Origin: an uncultured Candidatus Saccharibacteria bacterium
GTDB lineage: Bacteria; Patescibacteriota; Minisyncoccia; Phycocordibacterales; UBA9973
Direction: 5' to 3'
Length of the DNA: 63,266 bases
Assembly (NCBI GenBank): GCA_964565825.1
Contig: CAZMGK010000005.1
Location: forward strand, 1 to 63,266
The translations under genes and the position numbers were made by a program. The notes beneath the pieces were generated by a model. It ran no database searches. It was not told where the DNA came from and saw only the letters and a program-made list of their open reading frames with translations. Below are positions 24,682 to 34,391 of this stretch, one piece after another; position 1 is the stretch's first letter; each line of letters opens with the position of its first letter.

Positions 24682-24705
24682 AAGTACACACACAAGTGTG
24701 TACTT
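24682..24705 (+). terminator. Hairpin terminator after hsp20
   Basis: aagtacacac-acaa-gtgtgtactt followed by ttt. Confidence 0.7.
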
Positions 24706-24848
24706 TTTGGTTCTTATGAATGGGCAACGGCCAGAACACCACCCTCTTCAAGAACTATATATACTCCATCACCCACTCATTATTCTCGGTTTAGACAAAA
24801 ATAGAAATTGAGGTATACTGACAAAAAAACATTTAAAAACTTAATAAC

Positions 24849-26915
24849 ATGAAAACAAAACTGAATAAAATCAACACTCTATCTTTTTTCCCTATCTACA
24901 AATACCTTTTATGGTTCTCTTTTGTCCACACAATAGGGATAAGTACCGCCCAGACCACTACGGTCACCGTTGGTACAGTTGGTACTTCTACGAGTACTTT
25001 TTTTGGACCTATTTACCGAACCTCCGGAAATAGTACCGTGTGTTTTAGTAAACATGCGTACTTGTACACGCTCGCAGAATTAACAAATGCTGGTATCACC
25101 ACAGGATCACAGATCACAGACATCCGATTCACCAAAAACTCTTCGTTTGAATTATCAGGATTGAGTACTGGAACTATTTCTATTTACATGAAAAATTCAT
25201 CAAACACGCAATTAGTATCTGGCACCACCTGGGGTTCTCTCACAACCAATGCAACACTGTGCGAAAACACAGAGCATAGTACAACTCAAAATATCGGTGG
25301 AGTCGGAACAGTGACATACCTACTTTCGGCTCCTTTTACCTATACTGGTGGATCACTTGAGGTATACGTGGAATGGAATTTAAATCCTGGATTTCTACCT
25401 TATACAACAGGTGGATTTCAGTGGTTGTACGCAACATATCCTGGTACAGTAAAAACAATTGGTGCTGTTGGACTCTCACCGCTTGGAACAGCAACACCCT
25501 TAAGTAATCTCACTTATGGTGGTACCGTCAGACCAAACACACAGTTGAGCTATACACAGACGATACCATGCATAGGAGCCCCTGCTCCAGGCAATACTGT
25601 TGCAAGTGCTACGGTCGTGTGTCCATTCACAACGATACAATTAAGTCTCCAAAATATACAAACGCAAAATGGAGCTAGCTTTCAGTGGTATGACTCAGTC
25701 ACAGGACCTATCGTAGGTGCCACAAATGCTCTCTATACTCCAAACATCACGACACATAAGACATTCTACTGTGGAGTAACGTGTGCGGGTATGACCACCT
25801 ATTCAAATCCAGTGACTATAACGATTCAATCATATCTGGATTGTTATTGTATTTCTGAAGCAACGTCCATCATCAATGAAGACATCACATCAGTCACCGT
25901 AAATGGTACAACTCATAGTTCAACATGTGCCACAACAGGAACACCACCATCAGTAGTAAATAGGTATTCGGACTATACGTCAGTCTACCCAGCGTTCGTA
26001 TTGCCGGTTGGGCAAATAATCCCCGTCTCTCTTACCATTACTGAATGTAACACAAATGGATTCAACAACACGACATCTATTTGGATAGATTATGATCATA
26101 GTGGCATCTTTGACACAAGTGAACGTGTATACAGTACTTTTTCGCTACTCACGAATACACCATATTATTTTGGTGGGCACATAGAATCAGGAAACTTTAC
26201 ACTGCCGACAACCGCACTCCCTGGTATAACGAGGATGCGAATATTGTGTAATGAAACAACAAGCCCGACAACAAACCCATGCCTTACTTTTGGATGGGGA
26301 GAAACAGAAGATTATTTGGTCGATATTCAACTTCCAAATACCACACTCCTGGTAACCTGTTTTATTGAAGCCTACATGACTGGACCACAAACCATGACTT
26401 CAGTCCTTGCAAACCAAGGTGAAGCAAGTACCATAAACGCCTGTGACTCAATAGACATAGAACTCCATGAAGCATTTTCTCCATTTGCAACGGCATACAC
26501 GTGTCGCACAGTTCTACACCAAAATGGCTTCATTACTGCGCTCTTTCCACCAATCACTGGATCGTACTATATTGTCGTAAAACACAGAAATGCACTAGAA
26601 ACATGGTCTAGTCAGCCACTCGGTTTGACAAGTGGAATTACATCTTATAATTTTTCGACAGATGCATCACAAGCGTTTGGTAATAACCAAGTAGAAACAA
26701 CGATCAATTCTAACGTCTATGCATTATATAGCGGGGATATGGTTGTTGATCAAAACATAGATCTTCTAGACTTGAGTATACTTCAAAATCATATTGCGCT
26801 TTTTGCGTCCGGATATCTGGCGAGTGATATAAATGGAGATGGTAATGTGGATTTACTTGATATGCCTGTTATTGAACGTAACATAACTAATTTTGTTTTT
26901 TCAAATCACCCATAA
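24849..26915 (+). CDS. Secreted surface protein with a GEVED-like domain and a C-terminal dockerin-like repeat (688 aa)
   Basis: Signal peptide, Thr/Gly-rich repeats, GWGETEDYLVDI (GEVED-type) and DINGDGNVDLLDM near the C-terminus. Confidence 0.65.
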   Translation: MKTKLNKINTLSFFPIYKYLLWFSFVHTIGISTAQTTTVTVGTVGTSTSTFFGPIYRTSGNSTVCFSKHAYLYTLAELTNAGITTGSQITDIRFTKNSSFELSGLSTGTISIYMKNSSNTQLVSGTTWGSLTTNATLCENTEHSTTQNIGGVGTVTYLLSAPFTYTGGSLEVYVEWNLNPGFLPYTTGGFQWLYATYPGTVKTIGAVGLSPLGTATPLSNLTYGGTVRPNTQLSYTQTIPCIGAPAPGNTVASATVVCPFTTIQLSLQNIQTQNGASFQWYDSVTGPIVGATNALYTPNITTHKTFYCGVTCAGMTTYSNPVTITIQSYLDCYCISEATSIINEDITSVTVNGTTHSSTCATTGTPPSVVNRYSDYTSVYPAFVLPVGQIIPVSLTITECNTNGFNNTTSIWIDYDHSGIFDTSERVYSTFSLLTNTPYYFGGHIESGNFTLPTTALPGITRMRILCNETTSPTTNPCLTFGWGETEDYLVDIQLPNTTLLVTCFIEAYMTGPQTMTSVLANQGEASTINACDSIDIELHEAFSPFATAYTCRTVLHQNGFITALFPPITGSYYIVVKHRNALETWSSQPLGLTSGITSYNFSTDASQAFGNNQVETTINSNVYALYSGDMVVDQNIDLLDLSILQNHIALFASGYLASDINGDGNVDLLDMPVIERNITNFVFSNHP

Positions 26916-26940
26916 CAAAACAACATGCATGGGTAAAACA

Positions 26941-26965
26941 AAAACCGTCCAATAAGGACGGTTTT
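26941..26965. terminator. Bidirectional hairpin terminator
   Basis: aaaaccgtcc-aataa-ggacggtttt between the convergent 24849..26915 and gltX. Confidence 0.75.
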
Positions 26966-26977
26966 TTTTATAACGTG

Positions 26978-28429
26978 TTAGAAAAGAGAAACTCGTTTGA
27001 TACTCCTTTCTTTTCCGAGTATTTCCATAACCGTAAACGGTTCTGGAGATTTTTCCATACCGGTGAGCGCAAAGCGAAGTGGCCAGAGAACGTCACCCCT
27101 TCCGTATGTGTCTGTGAGTGGCCAAATAGTATCTTTGATGAAATCTTTATTCCAATTTTCTTCTGAAATAGTTTCCAAAAGTGCGCGAACTTCGCCTAGA
27201 TGTTTTTTTGCTTCATCGAGTGTAGAATTTTTCCAAGCGAGTTTATTTTCATCAACAGTAACGTCGTTGACAATCCAGTTAAGTTCACCTGCATTTGCCA
27301 TTTCAGTAATATCACTCCATTTTGATACTCGTTCGGTAAGTGTCTCAAGTGCCCGAGAAATGATCTCTGTATTGTAGTGTGGTGCTTGTTTGATACTCTC
27401 TGGTAAAAATTCAATAACAGCAGTGAGTTTGTCCGCGCGTGCAAGTGTCTTGATATGTTCTTTGTTCATCCAGTCGAGTTTCTCGTCGTTGAATTGCGCA
27501 CCTCCTTTTTGGATTCTTTCAATATCAAAAATAGTCTCTAGTTCTTTTTCTGTGTAGATTTCTTTTTCACCACCTGGGTTGTATCCCAAGAATGTGAGGA
27601 AGTTGAATAATCCTTGTGGAAGATAGCCATCAGTTCTGTAATCCAAGATGTCTTTTGCGCCATCTCGTTTTCCAAGTTTCTTTTGTCCTCCATCTCCTAG
27701 AATGTGTGGCATAGAAACAAACACTGGAGGTTCTTTCCCAAAAGCTTCGTAGAGTGCAAGATATTTTGGTGTAGAAGAAATAAATTCTTGACCACGCATG
27801 ACGTGAGTGACTTCCATTTCAATATCATCAACTAAGTGTGCAAAATTGTATGTTGGATAGCCGTCTGATTTGATGAGGACAAAGTCGTCGAGTGCTTCCG
27901 GCCCTGCTGAAAGATCACCAAAGACAACATCGTGCCAGTAACTTTTTTTGACTTCAGTAATTTTAAAACGAAGTGTTTGACCGATTCCTGTGAATGGAAT
28001 TGATTCAATATTTTCTTTTCTGTGTTCTCGATACAAAAATGGTCTGTTTTCAGCATCTGCTTGCTGGCGAAGTGTTTCCGCTTCTTCTTCTGTCATTGGG
28101 TCGACATATGCATGACCACTTTTAATCAGCATGTCTGCGTATTTTCTGTAAATATCAAGACGCTCTGATTGGATGTATGGGGTGTGTGGTCCGCCTATTT
28201 CTGGTCCTTGGTCCCAGTGTACACCGAGCCAAGTGAGTGATTCCATGATGTGCTCTCTGGAGCCAGGAACTTCGCGAGCTTTGTCCGTATCTTCGATTCT
28301 GAGGATAAATACACCGCCCATCTTTTTAGCCCACAGATACGCAAAAATGGCTGTTCTAACACCTCCAACATGCATAAAGCCTGTTGGGCTTGGGGCGAAT
28401 CGAGTGACTATTTTTTGAGCTGAGTTCAT
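26978..28429 (-). CDS. gltX: Glutamate--tRNA ligase
   Basis: RFAPSPTGFMHVGGVRTAIF (HIGH region) and KLGKRDG (KMSKS variant). TATATT lies 6 nt before the ATG. Confidence 0.92.
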   Translation of the reverse strand: MNSAQKIVTRFAPSPTGFMHVGGVRTAIFAYLWAKKMGGVFILRIEDTDKAREVPGSREHIMESLTWLGVHWDQGPEIGGPHTPYIQSERLDIYRKYADMLIKSGHAYVDPMTEEEAETLRQQADAENRPFLYREHRKENIESIPFTGIGQTLRFKITEVKKSYWHDVVFGDLSAGPEALDDFVLIKSDGYPTYNFAHLVDDIEMEVTHVMRGQEFISSTPKYLALYEAFGKEPPVFVSMPHILGDGGQKKLGKRDGAKDILDYRTDGYLPQGLFNFLTFLGYNPGGEKEIYTEKELETIFDIERIQKGGAQFNDEKLDWMNKEHIKTLARADKLTAVIEFLPESIKQAPHYNTEIISRALETLTERVSKWSDITEMANAGELNWIVNDVTVDENKLAWKNSTLDEAKKHLGEVRALLETISEENWNKDFIKDTIWPLTDTYGRGDVLWPLRFALTGMEKSPEPFTVMEILGKERSIKRVSLF

Positions 28430-28519
28430 TTATAAAATATAGCTTATTTTATAAATTTTCAGTACTTGACATATAGTATATATAATACTATTATTTGATT
28501 AAATCAAAAAAATTAAAAA

Positions 28520-28783
28520 ATGAAAAAGTATCTTACTAAGATTATTGAATGGAAATATTTCCCTCTAGTTTACTTTCTTACATCCGTAATTCTTGGCTTT
28601 TTATTTGCTTTCAGTACAACGTGGGTGGTCTTTGGTTTTGGAATTTTGGACCCCTGGTTAGTACCACACCATATTTGCGTTGAGATACCTATCTTAATAG
28701 CGATGTTTTTCGCTGATCTGTCCTACGTTCTTTATGTAAAGCCTAAATACAATACAAAAGGCAACTGGATTTCTTGGACTTAA
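28520..28783 (+). CDS. Small membrane protein (87 aa)
   Basis: Two predicted TM helices, followed by a terminator. Confidence 0.5.
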   Translation: MKKYLTKIIEWKYFPLVYFLTSVILGFLFAFSTTWVVFGFGILDPWLVPHHICVEIPILIAMFFADLSYVLYVKPKYNTKGNWISWT

Positions 28784-28801
28784 TAGTGAATATAAAGTAA
28801 A

Positions 28802-28826
28802 AAAATCTCCATTAATTGGAGATTTT
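28802..28826 (+). terminator. Hairpin terminator
   Basis: aaaatctcca-ttaat-tggagatttt. Confidence 0.7.
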
Positions 28827-28937
28827 TTATTTGCACTTTAGATTCTTTTTGTTGAGGGAAGCCTTGCTTCCCTCGAAAAGAAAAACACAAAGATGCCTTT
28901 CTTGTTTTTCTAAAAACTAAAAACTGTACAATTAAAA

Positions 28938-30074
28938 CTAACCCTCTTTCTGATGTTCGAGTGTAATCCTAATCAATTCTTCCGCAATAATTTTCCCGGC
29001 ATTTGGATTTGCATTCGCGAGCGCGCATTGACTCATCTCTTTGTAGCGCTCTGTATCCCCAAGAATCAAATCAATTTGCGTTTTTAAAATAGTGACATTA
29101 AGATTTGCTTGTTCTATGACAATCCCAGCTCCGGTATGTGCAAATTCATAGGCATTGGATTTTTGATCACGACTGATTGTCTCCGGGATTGGGATCACAA
29201 TAGCAGGTACACCCCACAGTGATATCTCAGCAAGAGAAGTTGACCCAGCACGTGTGATAACGATATCAGCTGCTCCAGCAGCCATCTTCATTTCAACAGG
29301 GTTCATTAATCCAAAGAGTGCGTAGTTACTGAGAAGTGTTTTATTTACTACTACAACATCGACGGTATTTTTTACAACTTCGTAATTTTTCTCCCCTACT
29401 TGATGGATGAGCTGGTAGTCTTTGAGAAATATTGGAAGTCCGTCGACAATCACGTCGTTGATATATTCTGCTCCAGATGACCCGCCTAATACTAGAACAG
29501 TCTTGACTGCTGAATTAAATTTAAAATATTCATGAACATTATTATTACCTTTTTCTCGGATACCTCGTCTAATAGGAATACCTACGCATGCGGTTTTTTC
29601 AGGAGGAAAATAACTACTCGCGCGAGGATGTGCGATTGCAATTTTTTTTGCAAACTTTGAGGACCAGAGTGTCACCCTCCCAGGAACTGTATCTGATTCA
29701 TGAATCACTACCGGTATACGAAGCACTCGTGCTGCAAAAAGTGTCGGGAAACTTGCATACCCCCCTTTTGAAAAAACAACATCGGGATAGATAAAGAAAA
29801 GTTTAATGACGGCAATAATGCAAGAAGGAATAATCTTAAACATATCAATAAAATTCGCTACACCGCCGTACAATCTACTCTTGCCTGCTGGTACGTGGAC
29901 ATATTCTATATTATTTTCAAAAAGCGCTCTTTTATCATACGGACTATCAGAGAGGTAGTATAGTTTAATCTGAAGCAGTTTTCTTTCTTCGATAAGAATT
30001 CGGATCTCTTCAGCAACGGCAATCAGTGGGAAAAAATGGCCTCCCGTCCCTCCACCTGTGAAAACAATTTTCAT
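28938..30074 (-). CDS. murG: Undecaprenyldiphospho-muramoylpentapeptide beta-N-acetylglucosaminyltransferase
   Basis: MKIVFTGGGTGGHFFPLIAV..., C-terminal TRAGSTSLAEI, and dcw gene context. Confidence 0.92.
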   Translation of the reverse strand: MKIVFTGGGTGGHFFPLIAVAEEIRILIEERKLLQIKLYYLSDSPYDKRALFENNIEYVHVPAGKSRLYGGVANFIDMFKIIPSCIIAVIKLFFIYPDVVFSKGGYASFPTLFAARVLRIPVVIHESDTVPGRVTLWSSKFAKKIAIAHPRASSYFPPEKTACVGIPIRRGIREKGNNNVHEYFKFNSAVKTVLVLGGSSGAEYINDVIVDGLPIFLKDYQLIHQVGEKNYEVVKNTVDVVVVNKTLLSNYALFGLMNPVEMKMAAGAADIVITRAGSTSLAEISLWGVPAIVIPIPETISRDQKSNAYEFAHTGAGIVIEQANLNVTILKTQIDLILGDTERYKEMSQCALANANPNAGKIIAEELIRITLEHQKEG

Positions 30075-30077
30075 ATA

Positions 30078-31199
30078 TTATTTTTTTGAAGTTATATGCT
30101 GATAAGACGACACCTGCGCTATGATTCCAACAATGAACAGAGTAACAGCGAGCGATGTACCACCATGGCTCATAAACACCAAAGGGACTCCTGTTAATGG
30201 AAACAATCCAACAAGTGATGCAATATTTAAGAAGGCTTGAAAAGTAATCAATGAAATAAAACCAATAACAAAAAGCCGTGAAAATTGGTCTGGTGCATGA
30301 TAACTTATACGCAAGCCACGTAAAGCAAATGCAAGATAGAGAATGATGCAGATGGTTGTTCCAACAAAACCAGTCTCTTCTCCTATAATAGCAAAAATTG
30401 AATCTCCATGCGATTCTGGTAAATACCCAAATTTTTGTACACTTTGACCAATCCCTGTCCCAAAAACACCACCTGAACCAAAAGCAATAAATGCCTGCTG
30501 GAGCTGATACGATGACCCGCGTACATCTGAGTGTGGATGCAAAAATGTATCAATACGTTTTTGGATATATGGAGTAGTTTGCACAAGTATAAAAAAACCA
30601 ATCGACGCAAGAGACAAAACAACAACAAAGTGTTTGATGGGAGCGCCAGAAATAAACAGCATAATACTCCCAGCTACACACATAAGAATAAAACTTTTTG
30701 TATCGGGCTGAAGAAAAAGAAGCGTTGCCATAATACCCAGTATGATTAAAAAAGGTAGAATTACTCTTTTAAAGGAGTGGACCTCATTTTTCATCCATGC
30801 CAACCATGCAGCAAAATAAATAATGAAAGTCACTTTGAGGATTTCTGCTGGTTGAAATGAGATTGAGCCAAATGATAACCACCGCCTCGCGCCACCATGT
30901 TCAAAAGAAAAAAATGGAATAAGTACAAGCACCATGAGACCTAAAGAGAACATAAACACCACGAAAGCGTGTTTTTTCCAAAATAAATACGGGATTTTTA
31001 GTCCTGCAATAAATAAGATAAATCCACCGCCGATACCAAAAACGAATTGATTAATAACAATACTTTTAAAAAGTCCTGGAGTTTTTGCATAGATGCCTAA
31101 TGCTGCAGAGAGAAAAAAAATAATACCTACAATAAGAAGGCTCAAAGTAATACCAATAAAAACGGTATCTGGTTTTCTGACATCAGGGCGTTTCATCAT
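30078..31199 (-). CDS. ftsW: FtsW/RodA (SEDS) family protein
   Basis: About 10 TM helices and SEDS motifs (PESHGDSIFAIIGEE). Start set at MMKRPD, just after the mraY stop. Confidence 0.88.
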   Translation of the reverse strand: MMKRPDVRKPDTVFIGITLSLLIVGIIFFLSAALGIYAKTPGLFKSIVINQFVFGIGGGFILFIAGLKIPYLFWKKHAFVVFMFSLGLMVLVLIPFFSFEHGGARRWLSFGSISFQPAEILKVTFIIYFAAWLAWMKNEVHSFKRVILPFLIILGIMATLLFLQPDTKSFILMCVAGSIMLFISGAPIKHFVVVLSLASIGFFILVQTTPYIQKRIDTFLHPHSDVRGSSYQLQQAFIAFGSGGVFGTGIGQSVQKFGYLPESHGDSIFAIIGEETGFVGTTICIILYLAFALRGLRISYHAPDQFSRLFVIGFISLITFQAFLNIASLVGLFPLTGVPLVFMSHGGTSLAVTLFIVGIIAQVSSYQHITSKK

Positions 31200-31201
31200 A
31201 A

Positions 31202-32254
31202 CTAGATAAGCGCAACAATAACTCCAGTAATAGAACAAAAGACAGAGATAATCCAATATCGCATAGTTACTTTATAAGACGGCCACCCAAGTGCTTGGAA
31301 ATGATTATGGAGAGGGGCGACGAGAAACACTTTTTTACCGTTGCGTAATTTTTTTGAAAGAATCTGAATTAAACTTGATCCAGCCGTAACAAATAATGGT
31401 AATCCAACAATAAAAAGTACAAAAACTTGTGTGGTGAGTAGAGCTATAACACCGAGCGTCAACGTCAGCGACATGCTTCCGGTTTCAGAGAGAAAAAACC
31501 GAGCAGGTGGGATATTAAACCACAAGAAAGCCAAAATTCCCCCGACGATACTCAGACAGAGTGCAGCAATGTCTATCTGACCTTGAGCAAACGCGATAAA
31601 TCCGTATGCAGAAAACATACTCGCAAATACCCCACCAGAAAGTCCATCAATACCGTCGATCACACCACCACTATAGAGACCTATAAAAAGTACTACGGAC
31701 AGAGGTATGATAAAAAAACCAAGAGTCAGGGTGTATCCAAGAGTAAGGTAGATGGTCGTATAATCTAGTTTAAAATAAAACCAAAGACCAACACATAACC
31801 CCAATATAAAAACAAAAGCGAGACGGCTCATAACAGAAAGCCCGCCACCTTTATAATTTCCCTTATCCGTACAGACTAAGTAATCATCGATAAGACCAAA
31901 ACATGCCGAGCCAATAAATACAGACAAGAGTATCCATGTTTGAGATCGAGAAAAATAAGAAAACGCATCAAAGTACGTAGGGGAAAAATATTTGAGTATT
32001 GCAATGAAGATGACAACAAGAATGACACTTCCCCAAATGATGACTCCACCCATCCGTGGTACTTGACGCTCGCCATCATTATGCAATTGGCCTGTAACAG
32101 TAGCTTGCTGGCCATCTGTCGTAATAGCAACACTTTTTTTCTTCCACATTTTATGTTTATACAAAAAACTAGAAAGAAACGGTGTAATAAGTACGCCTAC
32201 AATACACGTCAGAATGCTCGGTACAATTATTTTAATACTATCAGCTATTATCAT
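31202..32254 (-). CDS. mraY: Phospho-N-acetylmuramoyl-pentapeptide-transferase
   Basis: Multi-TM protein with DDYL, GVIDGIDGLSGG and PLHNHF motifs. Confidence 0.92.
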   Translation of the reverse strand: MIIADSIKIIVPSILTCIVGVLITPFLSSFLYKHKMWKKKSVAITTDGQQATVTGQLHNDGERQVPRMGGVIIWGSVILVVIFIAILKYFSPTYFDAFSYFSRSQTWILLSVFIGSACFGLIDDYLVCTDKGNYKGGGLSVMSRLAFVFILGLCVGLWFYFKLDYTTIYLTLGYTLTLGFFIIPLSVVLFIGLYSGGVIDGIDGLSGGVFASMFSAYGFIAFAQGQIDIAALCLSIVGGILAFLWFNIPPARFFLSETGSMSLTLTLGVIALLTTQVFVLFIVGLPLFVTAGSSLIQILSKKLRNGKKVFLVAPLHNHFQALGWPSYKVTMRYWIISVFCSITGVIVALI

Positions 32255-33558
32255 ATGTTTATATATTCCATTAAAATTTCTCTTACTATTTTTTGCTCAT
32301 CCCAAGGAACTATCTGCCCGTTTATAACCATTGTCTTCTCCGCACCTTTTCCACATATACATACAATATCATTATTTCCTGCAAGCTGAAATGCTTTTCT
32401 GATGGCATCTTTTCTGTCCTCTATCAAGAAGAGGTGTTTATTAAGTACTTTGTCTTCGGAAATTACATACTGTGCAATGTCATCGATAATTTCTCTAGGG
32501 TCATCATCGTATGGATCAACATTAGTGAGTATCACAATGTCAGCCATGTCTTTTGCAAGGAGACCCATTTCTTTTCTTTTTGTCTTGTCTCGTCCACCAC
32601 CTTCTGCTCCAAAAATGAGTATTATTTTCCCTGTATCTTTTTTAAGCATGGTGAGTGTCTCAAGTAAATTTCGCATGGAGAGTTTTTCGTGGGCGTAGTC
32701 TATATAGACTTGAAATTTTTGCCCAAGTTCAACACGCTCCATTCGTCCGGGAATATACGTTACTTTTTCAATCCCTGTACGTATGAGAGTTTTTTCTATA
32801 CCGCACGCAGTACCAATCATGTATGATGCAAGTGCATTATCCATGTTGAATTTTCCTGGTATATTGACTACTATCTTTTGATCTCCGATGGTAAATGTAT
32901 TACTTTCGAGATCGACCATCTTGTTCTGTATAAGTTCTCTAAGCGAATACGATAATTTGTGAGATACAGGAAAGTTACTAAAGTAAGATGCGTGTTCGTC
33001 ATCAGCATTAACGATACTTACTTTTTCTGGAAATATTTTTTTTACGTTACTCTGTGCTATGTGTTGAAACAATATTCCTTTTGCTTTTTTGTATTCTTCA
33101 AATGAATTATTGTGAGATGGGAGATGTTCTGGACTCAAGTTGGTAAATACTCCAATATCGTAGTTGATACCAATATGTCGGTACTGCTTCAGCCCTTCAG
33201 AACTGACCTCAAGTACTGCATGGGTGCAATGCGCTCGTACCATAGATTGGAGCATTTTTTGTGTATACCATGGACTCGGCATAGTCATATGCATTTTGTT
33301 CGGTGTTTCATGTTCTCCTATGTATATGTGTGCTGTCCCAATAAGTCCTGTTTTGAAATGTCCGCCATACGTCAGTACTGACCAAGTAAATTCACTCGTA
33401 CTTGTCTTTCCTTTTGTGCCAGTAATTCCAATGGTGATCAGTTTTTCTGATGGATTACCATACCAAAAAGATGCCAGAATTGCATTCTGTTTATGGTAGA
33501 AAATCAAAAGACTTTCAGGTACGAGATTTTTTATTTGTTTTTTTATGAGACTAAACAT
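32251..33558 (-). CDS. murE: Mur ligase, MurE-type
   Basis: GITGTKGKTSTSEF P-loop, DYAHEKLSMRNLL and FGAEGGGRDKTKRKEMG. It lies directly upstream of mraY. Confidence 0.8.
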   Translation of the reverse strand: MFSLIKKQIKNLVPESLLIFYHKQNAILASFWYGNPSEKLITIGITGTKGKTSTSEFTWSVLTYGGHFKTGLIGTAHIYIGEHETPNKMHMTMPSPWYTQKMLQSMVRAHCTHAVLEVSSEGLKQYRHIGINYDIGVFTNLSPEHLPSHNNSFEEYKKAKGILFQHIAQSNVKKIFPEKVSIVNADDEHASYFSNFPVSHKLSYSLRELIQNKMVDLESNTFTIGDQKIVVNIPGKFNMDNALASYMIGTACGIEKTLIRTGIEKVTYIPGRMERVELGQKFQVYIDYAHEKLSMRNLLETLTMLKKDTGKIILIFGAEGGGRDKTKRKEMGLLAKDMADIVILTNVDPYDDDPREIIDDIAQYVISEDKVLNKHLFLIEDRKDAIRKAFQLAGNNDIVCICGKGAEKTMVINGQIVPWDEQKIVREILMEYINI

Positions 33559-33740
33559 TACTCTAATTGATGCACTTCATTGAGACGTGATTCGTATAGT
33601 GCTGTTGTTTTATTAATACTCTCAGTCAAATTTTTGATGTACCACATGAGAATTAGTGAAAATACAACAAACATTATTTTATAGTATTTTCCAACGTAGA
33701 GTGAAAAAAAATCAACGTTATTATGCATGTTCTTCCTCAT
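33558..33740 (-). CDS. Small TM + coiled-coil protein (60 aa; FtsL/DivIC-like topology)
   Basis: One TM helix (IMFVVFSLILMWY) followed by a short helical tail. It overlaps the scpB stop and the murE start. Confidence 0.35.
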   Translation of the reverse strand: MRKNMHNNVDFFSLYVGKYYKIMFVVFSLILMWYIKNLTESINKTTALYESRLNEVHQLE

Positions 33741-34269
33741 TTACTTGAGAAAAAACAGTCTCAAGATTTTTAATCGTCTCTTCGTATGCAGGGAGCTCGC
33801 TTATTTGGGTGATGCCTAAATACCGAAGTGTGTCTATCGTTGGTACATAGATGTATGAACGACTATCTTTTTTATTTTCTTTTTTCTCAACAAGTCCTCG
33901 GAGATACAAATTTCTGAGAATGAATGAGGAATTGACTCCACGAACATAATCTACTTCACTCCTTGTTGCACCATTTTTGTACAATAAGATAGAAAGTGTC
34001 TCGAGACTTGCTTTTGAGAGCTCTCCACCGCGTTCTTCTTTTTCGACTGTTTCGAGGAATTCAGAAACAGCCGGGTTCGTTCCTAGCGCAAGTTCACCAT
34101 CTGATTCTACAATAACAATACCGGTGTCATCCGTGTACTGCATCCTAAGAGACTCAATAATAGCAACAAGCTCTTCTTCTGAAATATCGAGCTGTTCCCT
34201 AATGTATTTTTTTGACAGACTCTCCCCTTTTATAAATAAGAGCGCTTCGACAAGATTTTTTTTATTCAT
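33721..34269 (-). CDS. scpB: Segregation and condensation protein B
   Basis: VEALLFIKGESLS...LETLSILLYKNGATRSEVDYVRG. It follows scpA. Confidence 0.88.
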   Translation of the reverse strand: MNKKNLVEALLFIKGESLSKKYIREQLDISEEELVAIIESLRMQYTDDTGIVIVESDGELALGTNPAVSEFLETVEKEERGGELSKASLETLSILLYKNGATRSEVDYVRGVNSSFILRNLYLRGLVEKKENKKDSRSYIYVPTIDTLRYLGITQISELPAYEETIKNLETVFSQVNEEEHA

Positions 34270-34391
34270 CCCGTTAGAAATAAGAAATCGAAGATTTCTG
34301 TACTTGATTAATATTAAAATAGACCTGTATCATAATTCTTTTATTTTCTCATTATCTCTTAATAAACTGTTTGATTTCTAACGGGATTCAT
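34265..34391 (-). repeat. Start-codon-abutting inverted-repeat element, copy 2 (core 34270..34385), between scpA and scpB
   Basis: Same termini as copy 1, ttcat flanks and a hairpin at 34283..34299. It abuts the scpB ATG and contains the scpA stop codon (34378..34380). Confidence 0.85.
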
